Below, in pieces: positions 50,801-61,500 of a DNA stretch of 64,000 bases. Position 1 is the first letter of the stretch; each line of letters begins with the position of its first letter. Made by a program: the position numbers and the translations under genes. The notes below the pieces were generated by a model. It was not told the origin of the DNA and did no database searches. It saw only the letters and a program-made list of their open reading frames with translations. The stretch spans positions 434,001 through 498,000 of the forward strand of contig NW_026782138.1 of NCBI RefSeq assembly GCF_031769215.1, written 5' to 3'. This DNA comes from Ylistrum balloti (taxonomy: Eukaryota).

Positions 50801-52839
50801 ATGGTGCTCCCTGTAAATATAATATCTATTGCATTGATATGCTAATGATTATGATCGACTTTGCAATTGGAGTTTTTTTGGGGGGAAAAGGCAGATTTTA
50901 GTGTATTTTGCTGTTTGCTTTAAAATACCATATTCACAAAGGAGGCTAGACGAGACAATTATTTGTGTTTTTTGTCGAGGAATGTACATCTTTTTATCCT
51001 ACAATATCTTCAGTGAATTAATAAATACTAGTAGAAAAATAAAATTTTATGTTGTCAGTGTTTCTGTGAAGGTTACAAATTTAGGGCACATCTGAATGTA
51101 GAAATGGATGGCAGAAAAACATTTCTATAAAATAGTGTATTACATTGTAGGTGATCTACAGTGACAAGGTAGACCAGTATGACCTTGAGGATGAACAGGA
51201 GTGTAACTGGCTCAAGTTTGTACAAATGGCACGTACAGAGGCCTCCCAGAACATGGTTGTCACACAGTTAGGTTCTGAGATATACTTCTTCACCACAAAA
51301 CAGGTTTATCCTGGTGAAGAGTTACTTTTCTGGTACTCCAAGGACTACGCTCGTTTTCTAGGTACAATGTTTTTTTTTAGCTGCTGGAATCATGTCCCTT
51401 CAGTAACATTACATATATATTCGTCACTGCATTGATGACTCCTGATAATTCTGTAGTATACTGCATTGAGGAGACAACAATCTTTTGACAGTTAATTAAC
51501 AATATTATTTTTTGATCTGGAAAAATATGTGATTATTTTGCATTGACATACAGTAGAATGTTAATTTCAGATATGTTTTATGTTAAAGGAGTGCCTGTAA
51601 GTCCAGAGACCAAGAAAATCAAAATGTGTTACGTATGTGGTAAAGTGTTTGTGGGCCGTCTAAACCTGCGAGCTCACCAGAAACTCCTACATGCGGATGT
51701 GGTGAAAAGGAAGTGGAACTGTAACATGTGTGAACAGGGATTCACATCCTCTGCTAAACTGAATGACCACATGAATATTCATATGGGGATCAAGCCTCAT
51801 ACATGTCAATACTGTGGGAAGCGGTTCACAGACCAAAGTAATCTCAGACAACATCTGCTCACCCACAGTAGTAAGTCACAAAATAATTCTCAGTAAACAA
51901 CCTTAAACAAGAGAGGAAACTACTCCTGTGATTTTTCATTGGGAAAGAGAAACAAACACTGTATGTGGAAAATATTGTAAAACTTGTAAAGCAAATTGAT
52001 AATTGGCTGTAAGTATAGTAAAGAAGTACTATATTTACAGCCACAATAATCAATTAGCTTTACAAGTTTTATTGTTTTACTAAGAACAATTCCTCTAAAG
52101 ACATACTGCTGCACAATTAAAATTATTATGGTTTTATCATGAGGTAGAATCTTTTGTTTATTCAGGTTGAAATTATGAATAACGGCAAAAACAAACTTAC
52201 ACAGATCACTGGTATATCCACTGTGATATCAATAGCGATCTTAATACTAACATGTTAAAGGTTTTTATTTATTTTCTTTTAAAGTGCAAGGTTTTTCTGT
52301 AGATGTATGCATTTTGTTTTAATATTTTGATTTGAGATGTAATTTAGAGAGATTTGTTTTTTCTGGACTGTTTTGTAGATGTGAAGAGGTTTTCCTGTAC
52401 CCAGTGTGGAAATCAGTTCCGACAGAAGATCCATCTGCAGACCCACATGTTAACACATACAGGAGAGAAAAATCTGCAGTGTAACTTCTGCGTAAAAAAA
52501 TTTGCCCGTGAATCTGATCGCAAACAGCATCAGTATCAACACACAAAGGAGAAGATCTACCAGTGTCTTGAGTGCAACAAAATATTCTACAAACTTCAGA
52601 ACTATAAACGGCATGCACTTATGCATACTGGGGAGAAGAATCATGCCTGCCCGAAATGTCAGAAGCGGTTCTATACCAAATACCACCTACAGCGACACTC
52701 TAAAATCTGTAAAGGAGCAACAACAAAAATCTATCTCAACAAACATGAGAAAAATCTCAACTTGGAAGAAATAGCTAATGAATTAACAGCAGGTCCCTCT
52801 GCTTCCAGGACATTAGGAACCAACACTGCTACTCCGTAG
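44838..52839 (+). CDS. PRDM4: PR-domain zinc finger protein 4-like (886 aa). Exons: 44838-44880, 45672-45788, 46779-47699, 48077-48292, 48721-48855, 49305-49466, 50473-50585, 51151-51361, 51589-51870, 52379-52839
   Basis: Phase-consistent GT-AG model of 2661 nt. It has a low-complexity Q/S/T-rich N-terminus, a zinc knuckle CVGC..CLIH, and a PR/SET domain (TRARASLP, FGPLVG, CNWLKFVQMAR..QNM, EELLFWYSKDY). Seven fingers follow, including KRKWNCNMC..HMGIKPH and a terminal TKYHLQRHSKICKG, as in recalled PRDM4 (ERKWKCSMC, TKYHLTRHLKTCKG). The two 5'-most exons are less certain. Confidence 0.93.
46321..46456. mobile_element. Foldback/MITE-like palindromic element in a PRDM4 intron
   Basis: Outer IR TCACTCCCTTTAGGA / TCCTAAAGGGGGTGA (14/15) and inner IR AGATTATGAAGCTATCAAACAC / GTGTTTGACAACTTAATAATCT (19/22) with a 12-nt loop. 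Confidence 0.6.
49405..50055 (+). repeat. Degenerate 60-90-bp tandem repeat (about 8-9 copies) of a PRDM4 exon 3' end plus donor
   Basis: CTACCTGAAA..CAGAGACAATACTTCAGAATGTTATAG-like units continue from the true exon end at 49466 into the intron. Confidence 0.85.
51979..52070. other. 92-nt near-perfect hairpin in the last coding intron of PRDM4
   Basis: AAAACTTGTAAAGCAAATTGATAATTGGCTGTAAGTATAGTA, loop AAGAAG, then TACTATATTTACAGCCACAATAATCAATTAGCTTTACAAGTTTT; ATTGT on both flanks. Confidence 0.75.
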
Positions 52840-53403
52840 ATATCCACTTTCTCAGCTTTTGTTTTTGGATGATCTTATGTAACAATGGAGCTGGAACGTT
52901 CTTGCTACCTCTTATGGAATGTTTTCAGATGATTCTGTATGGATGGAACCTGCTGCAATATCCAAACTACTTTGTTAACAACCCAGCTTTTCTGTATTCC
53001 CTATATGAAACCTGTGGTAGATAAAAAAAAAATGATTCAATATTCATGTTAAGAGAAAAGCTGTTTCATCGCTACTGAAGGTAATTATATATAAAAAGTT
53101 CTTTGATACAAATAAATGTGCTTTTCGTAATGGAAGCATGAATATATATTTGTTGTATAGTTTCCTCTTGAATCATTACATATGCAGCAGTCATCAGATA
53201 AGGTCTGGATGCATTTCATTCATAACTAATCAATACTCGATTATGATCTGAATTTTCATTTGATAAGTATAATTTATGATTTATCAGAGCAGTATTGAAG
53301 ATTTGATAAATAGTTTTTTGTTTTTATTTTGAAATTGAATTACTGAATGAAAAAGTAAATACTTTCCCTGCTGTATATTCCTAAAAAACCTTTTGACTTG
53401 CAG

Positions 53404-53483
53404 GTCATGGTTGTTGATCCTGGCTGTCTTGGAAAAGTTTCCATGCTTCCTTCAAAGCAATATGTTAAATGATATCTGCTAAG
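53404..53483 (+). other. Putative non-coding exon downstream of the PRDM4 stop codon
   Basis: TTGCAG| acceptor and AAG|GTAAGA donor, an upstream AAG|GTAATT donor at 53081 and a downstream TTTTCTAG| acceptor at 53844. Confidence 0.35.
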
Positions 53484-56224
53484 GTAAGATTTAGTATCTA
53501 TATGAAGAAGTCAGAATACAAAATGATATAAAGTGTTAACAACAGTGAATACTCATTTTGCAAATTCAGCTGTTATATTCACAACTAAGTAGTCCCCCAA
53601 GGTAACATTTTGATTTTTGTCTAATGTGTCAATTATTATGTGTACCAAAGATGGTAAGGTGTTGGTTGCCAACATTAATCTTTCTATTGTGACTATGTAC
53701 TACAAGTTGTACAAGTTGTGTGTGTCATGTGATCTGCTTATATGTTATTAAATCACTTATTGTGAAGAACATCAGTAAATAATGGTACTGTGGGAAAACT
53801 TGCAATTTAAAAAAAAAAAATAGTATGATTGTTCTATTTTCTAGATTTTGAGAAGAGTCCTTGAAAAGTTGCAGCACAAGGACAAGAACAGGATGTTGTT
53901 TGGTGGAAAGTTATTCAATGGAGAATTCCAGCAGCACATTGTTAATCATGGAACAATAGAACAGCAAAATGAAAGTGTTGTTTAGAGCATCAAAAACATG
54001 ACAAGACTAAGAGAAGATTCTATGATTTTACAGCGATCATAAAAGTGATTGAATGCATGAGCAAACACAAGCGACAGACAGGAAAGTAATGTTGTTATGG
54101 TTCTTTACCTGATGTTAATGTCCGGGTATATGTTGGTGTTGACTGTTATGTTCCTTATTTTGCTGAACCAAGTTTCATCATTTACAACGTGTGATGACAT
54201 TTAAAAAAGGCATCACAAAAGAAAATTTATTATAGCTGTACCTGGTACTAAAGCTGATTTTGGTACTAAATTCTACCCTTCCTATGTGCAACAGAGTCCG
54301 TGCTTGTATTATACAGGGAATATATTTATTGATACTAAAACTTTAATCTTAAATTTTATGTATCAGTAAATGTTAAAAACTTACAAATTTTGGATCAGCA
54401 AAAAGAAGGCAAAAGTTACAAAAGTTTCTATACACAATATACATCTGTTGTTCAGCACACCATCCACATCCAAAAGGGTTGTCCACTGTTACGATGATAT
54501 CTTGTAGTTTTTTGGAAATTTGCATTTGTTTAGATATTACTCTTTAAAAGGATGAGTAGTGTTGAACAATCAGAACATGATCTGAAAGTAGTTAAGTATT
54601 GGCTGAGAGCTTATCTTACCAGTGGTTTTGTCAAGCTTCAAGAAACCTGTATCTTTTATGAATAGATACAATTTAATTTCCACCATTTTATGAAAAATCT
54701 CACTTTTCTTGTGAAGTTTTTAAGAGTAGAATAACATTCATTTTCTTGTCTATAACATGTAATTAAATTGAAATTTGCTTAGAAACAACATATGAAACTG
54801 GTTTTGGTAAAAAGGAAATCACTTTTTGTTAAATTATGCAGTATTTCTCTGTGAAAAACGTACATTTTTGGTAGACTGGGCTCTGTAGCTTTATGAAAGA
54901 ATTTGTAACGAATGTAGTTCAGAATGTCGATGTTGAAAAGTGTGTGATGTGATTGAAAGTGAAATGTGAGGAGTTTCTGTTAAAATTGTGTATGAATGAA
55001 GTATGTTAGTATGCTGTGTTAGTGATGATTTCTGAAGAGAACATCGGTGAACTTGTGATAACAAGATGACAGCCAAGTGTATCAGCCAAAAGAATTTAAG
55101 TCATTGTTAGATTTCTGAAACAGTGGAAGTTCAAATTAAGGTAGGTTCATTCTTTTCAGCTTAGTTTTGATCTTGCATCCAGCTTTAAATGTTACAAGGA
55201 TTAACTTGAATCACACAGTCATTCTATCAGTGGTAGCTTTGGTAGTTCTGAGCTGCTCATAAAACACATCACCCATTGGAGAATCAAGCATGACATTTAC
55301 TGCCATGATAAGGAAACCTTTAGATTATGGAATAACTGATAATGATAGTGATGCAGTTCCATGGTATTTTGTATCCTACAACAGAAATGACTCTTCATTT
55401 ATCCCTGAATCAATTGTATTTAGATTGTTCACACATTTACACATGGGTATAGAGACGCACAACTGAAGTCCATGTTTAATATGCTATAATAACACGAATT
55501 AGAAATCAAAAAACAAATATGAACTGAATAATGTATATGAAAGCTTTGTGTTTCACACTGTGGTATAATCTAGTTGTATCTTGTCTTCAATGATTTTGGT
55601 TAGCATTGCTCTTTCTAAAGCTTCAGACATACTTCAGTAGTTTTGCTGGAAGGCACTGTTTGATTGATTATCTGTTTGTCGGACTTCCCAATCTCATCCT
55701 GTATGGTACAGACTTGGGCATTTAGCATGAATTTAGCATTGCACATGTGACGTCTGAAGCATTCATCATGATCGTAAATAATACTTGTATCCTTGTCGCA
55801 TTTCCGTCACTTTTTTAATTTATCTGTCGTTACAAAACAACTTGACTGTCCAAATTTTTCCTCATCAAAAAAGGTTTGTGGTGGTGAAAAATGCTGCCTG
55901 AAAACATACTTGATTGGTTAGGCACGGCTGCAGGTACTTCCTGTAGAACAGGGTGTGTTGTTGTGGGAAAAGTTTTTGGTATGGTCTATTGTGATGGTAG
56001 TCAGAGCATATTGCCTAAATGTTTAATGATGCGGGTAGGTATAGACACTTTTTAAACAGAGGTTTTACCCCTCAAAACCTTCATTTTGAATGATTATCTG
56101 CTTTTTTTAGTCTATCTTCTTATCACCAGTCAATGGATGTATATTGAGGGGTATAATTACTTTTAAAAGGGTTTTTTCCAAATCTGGTAGAGTATAACAC
56201 TGTTATATTGACAAGAGTAAGGAA

Positions 56225-56720
56225 TGTCAGGTTCGTTTCGTCTGTTTTAGTGAGTTCATTATACAGGATAACAGTTTTACAAAATTACGCTTCCCTGGTG
56301 GTATTTGAGAAGCGGAGCACTGGTATTGTCCAAGCAACAGTCTCGTGGCTTAGTACTTCAAATGGACATCAGCTTGATTCCGGATAGTACCTTTCGTTGG
56401 ACACCTTTCTACCAGCACTCTGGACCTGTTGTGGGCACCTCCCTACCAGCACTCCTTTAGCTTGGTCAGGGCGCCTTATTTATAGCATTCGGGAATTGCG
56501 TTGTGGAATTCCCATTACAATGAAAGCTAGTTTGACAGATGGCCAAAGTGGTCTTAGTTGACTTGACCGATGGTCAAAGTGGTCTTAATTGACTTATCTT
56601 TTGACGCAACTAGCTGGTCGCAAAGGATGACCTACAGCTTGCAGCGTATATACAATTTATAAATGTGATTTATAAATGTACACATTAAATGGACATAGTG
56701 TATCCCACTTACATTGATTG
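56225..56720 (-). mobile_element. Possible solo-LTR-like remnant
   Basis: CpG-richer island. The minus strand reads TATAAATAAGGCGCC, then tandem GAGTGCTGGTAG, and ends ..GAACCTGACA. No TSD was found and the right boundary is uncertain. Confidence 0.25.
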
Positions 56721-57639
56721 AAATCATTATCAATTATGGAATACAAATACACAATCAATTATAAAAATTACTGGTTATGAAATTTTTACCCTTATTTTGT
56801 TACAAGAGTCCTCCCTGTTGGATTGCGATGATGTTCTTGAGTTTCTCAACCTGTTGTACTAATTGATTTACGTCTGCCATATTGATGGATTGATGTTAGT
56901 CAATATGACTGGATTGGAACTGGTGTCAGGTTGTCTGTTGATTTGGAGACAATATTCAATTGATACAGCTTTGACATCACTTTTTGTGTGTTATCTCCAA
57001 CAGCTGTTTTAATACCAAATGAGGCATTAACTTTTGTCTTAACTGGTCATCTGTCAAGTATTCTGGGTTCTCTTCATCCAGTATTTCCCATGATTTAGGT
57101 GGGAGATCTTCTGATGACAAAGATGGAGACAACATTCTCTTGTTCAGTCTTATGGATGAACTTCCTGTCTTTTAACTGTTTAACAGCTCATTGTCTCTTA
57201 ATTTCCGACAACCAACTTAAGGTACTGGTGAAATGATAGTTTTAGTCAAGATGAAAATTACTATGAAGGTGTAATCACGTGATGGATTACATTTGTATAG
57301 GTCACTGCCATTTTTGAAAGTGATGCAGCAAATGTATAAAATCTAAAACTTTTACTGATCATGTGATTATAATGTCAGTATGAAAAATGAGACTAAAAGA
57401 TTGACTTAGCTCTGGTTACAAGTGAGCTACCTGGTTAGTTAACCATCTATGAAAGTTAGCATGACCAGGCTTTAAGAAAATATTAGTAGTGTGCAAATCA
57501 TTGGTTTATCCACACCAACTAAATCTGGTCTGGTATGTGACTTAATTTTTTTATCGAAAGTTTGAAGAATAGATGTACAACATCATCGCAGTTTGATGAA
57601 CTAGGATTTAACAGTTATAAATTCAAAATATTTGAAATC

Positions 57640-58520
57640 CTGGTGTTTTTTGCAATTTATAAGAAATCATATCTTGTTGGCAAATATTATAAAATCCCTG
57701 TCTTGTTTGCAAATCATCTGAAATCCCCATGTTCTTTAAAATAATATCAAATTTGTTGGCAAATGATATCAAATCCCCATCTTGTTGGCGAATCATATGA
57801 AATCCCATCTTGTTGGCATCTTTTTTAGCAAATCATATGAAGTCCCTGTCCTATCGGCAAGTAATATTCAGTTTACAAATATGAAATCTCCTTGTTGGCA
57901 AATGATATAAATATCCCATCTTATTGACAAATCATATGATTTACCCGTCTTGTTGGCAAATTATACCTATTCCCCATCTTGTTGGCAAATTATATAAAAC
58001 TCTTGTTTGCAAATATAAAATCTCTTACTTATTGGCAAAAAATATCCAATTCCCATCTTGTTGGCAAATTACATGAAATCACATCTTGTTGGCAAATTAT
58101 AGAAAATCCCCATCTTGTTGGCAAATTATAGAAAATCACATCTTGTTGGCAAAGCATATGAAATTGCATCTTGTTGGCAAATTATATAAATAAAACCCCT
58201 GTATTGTTGCCAAATAATATAAATGTCCTGTCTTGTTGGCAAATGATAAAAAAACCTTGTCTGGTTGTCAAATAGTATAAAACCCCTGTCTTGTTGGCAT
58301 ATGATATAAATACCCTGTCTTGTTGGCAAATCCTAAGAAATCACATCTTGTTGGCAAATCCTATGAAATCACATCTTGTTGGCTAATCATATGAAATCAC
58401 ATCTTGTTGGCAAATTATAGAAAATCCCAATTTTGTTGGCAAATGATATGGAATTGCATCTTGTTGGCAAATGATATGGAATTGCATCTTGTTGGCAAAT
58501 TAGATCAAATCTCCATCTTG
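57640..58520. repeat. Degenerate ~30-bp minisatellite with core CCCATCTTGTTGGCAAAT
   Basis: Directly visible core repeated with variable linkers. Confidence 0.92.
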
Positions 58521-61500
58521 TTGGAGAATTGTATGACAGGATCATTTTATCTTCTTCCTTAACCAAATTGAGACCTTCATTCAGGATATTGTTGATATGT
58601 TTTTCCTGTTCTTTCACAACGAAATAAATAATGGTTTAATAAATAAGGTTTAATAATAATGTCACGATTTTCTTGTAGAGATTTTAATGCTTCTTGTACA
58701 CTTCCATTAAGTTATTTCTGGTGCTAGTAGGGTTGCTGCCTGCTAAGACAAGTGGTGATGATATTTGTAAAACCCAGAGCTGTATCAAGTTCCCATTTGT
58801 GTTAGAAAGACCTGCATTCAGGAAATCTCTGATCTTTTTCTCTTTTTGTTTTACAGCCTGGTTAAGGTTGGTGATATGAATTTCTGGTAAATGCTTTCAT
58901 TAAAAAGGAAGTTTTTAAAAACAATTTGTAGACAAAACTATTTGTATTACACAGACCTGCATTGAGGATATCTTTGATAATTTTTTCTTTTTATTCCATA
59001 ACAGGCAGATTGTGGTTTTGGTTAAAAAATATCGCACTTTCTTTAGAAAGCTGTAAGGAACCAAAACTTAAAAAAAAATTATTAAATTAATTAAGACTTA
59101 CCTGTCAACTGAAATTTGTACATTATTGTAGTTCTGTCTTTTCTCCTGGTGGTGCAATCTGTTTGAGGATATCCCTGATTTGTTTTACTTCCTTCTTCAC
59201 ACAAAGTGTCCTTGATTTTATCTCCTTTGTCCCTAACAACCAAATTGTGACCTTTATTAAGGTTACCCTTGATATTTTTTTCTTGTTCTTTCATGACAGG
59301 CAGATTGTGGTTTTGGTTAAGAAAATATCACACTTTGTTAGAAAGCTGCTACCCACAAAGACAAGTGGTGATGGTATTTGTAAAACCCTGAGCTGTATCA
59401 AGTTCCCATTTGTGTTTACAAAGACCTGCTTTTACGATCAAAGACCTGCTTTTACGATCAAAGACCTGCTTTTACGATCAAAGACCTGCTTTTAGGATAT
59501 CTGTGATTTTTCTCTCGTCTTGTTTTACAGCCTGGTTAAGTTTGGCGATATGAATTTCTGGTAAATGCTTTCATTAAAAAGGACGTTTTTAAAAATAATT
59601 TGTAGACAAAGCTATTTGTATTACACAGATCTGTTTGAGGATATCCCTGATTTGTTTTACTTCTTTCTTCACACAAAGTGTCCTTGATTTTGATCTTCTT
59701 CTTCCTAAGCAACCGATTTTAATTGAATTGTGACCTTCATTAAGGATATCTTTAATAATTTTTTCTTTTTATTCCATAACAGGCAGATTGTGGTTTTGGT
59801 TAAAAAATATCACACTTTCTTTAAGCTGTAAGGAACCAAAACTTAAAAAAAAATTATTAAATTAATTAAGACTTACCTGTCAACTGAAATTTGTACATTA
59901 TTGTAGTTCTGTCTTTTCTCCTGGTGGTGCAATCTGTTTGAGGATATCCCTGATTTGTTTTACTTCCTTCTTCACACAAAGTGTCCTTGATTTTATCTCC
60001 TTTGTCCTAAACAACCAAATTGTGACCTTTATTAAGGTTACCCTGGATATTATTTTCTTGTTCTTTCATGACAGGCAGATTGTGGTTTTGGTTAAGAAAA
60101 TATCACACTTTTGTTAGTAAGCTGTATGGAACCAAAACTTAAAAAAAAAAAATATTAAATTAATTGAGACTTTCCTGTCAACTGAAATTTGTACATTATT
60201 GTAGTTCTGTCTTTTCTCCTGGTGGTGCTATCTGTTTGAGGATATCCCTGATTTATTTTACTTCTTTCTTCACACGAAGTGTCCTGATTTGATCTCCTTT
60301 GTCCTTAACAACCAAATTGTGACCTTCATTAAGGTTAGCCTTGATATTTTTTTCTTGTTCTTCCATGATAAGCAGATTGTGGTTTTGGTTAAAAAATATC
60401 ACACTTTCGTTAGAAAGCTGCTACCCACAAAGACAAGTGGTGATGGTATTTGTAAAACCCTGAGCTGTATCTAGTTCCCATTTGTGTTAGAAAGACCTGC
60501 ATTCAGGAAATCTCTGATCTTTTTCTCTTTTTGTTTTACAGCCTGGTTAAGGTTGGTGATATGAATTTCTGGTAAATACTTTCATTAAAAAGGAAGTTTT
60601 TAAAAACAATTTGTAGACAAAACTATTTGTATTACACAGACCTGCATTGAGGATATCTTTGATAATTTTTTCTTTTTATTCCATAACAGGCAGATTGTGG
60701 TTTTGGTTAAAAAATATCACACTTTCTTTAGAAAGCTGTAAGGAACCAAAACTTAAAAAAAAATTATTAAATTAATTAATACTTACCTGTCAACTGAAAT
60801 TTGTACATTATTGTAGTTCTGTCTTTTCTCCTGGTGGTGCAATCTGTTTGAGGATATCCCTGATTTGTTTTACTTCCTTCTTCACACAAAGTGTCCTTGA
60901 TTTTATCTCCTTTGTCCTTAACAACCAAATTGTGACCTTTATTAAGGTTACCCTGGATATTATTTTCTTGTTCTTTCATGACAGGCAGATTGTGGTTTTG
61001 GTTAAGAAAATATCACACTTTTGTTAGAAAGCTGCTACCCACAAAGACAAGTGGTGATGGTATTTGTAAAACCCTGAGCTGTATCAAGTTCCCATTTGTG
61101 TTTACAAAGACCTGCTTTTAGGATATCTGTGATTTTTCTCTCGTCTTGTTTTACAGCCTGGTTAAGTTTGGCGATATGAATTTCTGGTAAATGCTTTCAT
61201 TAAAAAGGACGTTTTTAAAAATAATTTGTAGACAAAGCTATTTGTATTACACAGATCTGTTTGAGGATATCCCTGATTTGTTTTACTTCTTTCTTCACAC
61301 AAAGTGTCCTTGATTTTATCTTCTTCTTCCTAAGCAACCGATTTTAATTGAATTGTGACCTTCATTAAGGATATCTTTAATAATTTTTTCTTTTTATTCC
61401 ATAACAGGCAGATTGTTGTTTTGGTTAAAAAATATCACACTTTCTTTAGAAAGCTGTAAGGAACCAAAACTTAAAAAAAAATCATTAAATTAATTAAGAC

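Noticed and set aside
50584-51156. AGGTGATC at both ends of one PRDM4 intron as evidence of recent intron gain
   Set aside because: Four of the eight bases are splice consensus, and the intron position may be ancient; not distinguishable from chance.
49305-51361. Assignment to PRDM10 or PRDM15 because of TRARASLP
   Set aside because: The zinc-finger array and terminal C2HC finger follow PRDM4; a phylogeny would settle it.
55615-57190. Long minus-strand frames with few stops (55615-55896 with one internal TGA; about 56950-57150) as a pseudogene or selenoprotein
   Set aside because: No recognisable motif or SECIS was seen, and such frames are expected occasionally across six frames of 64 kb. 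Revisit only if tBLASTx finds a homolog.
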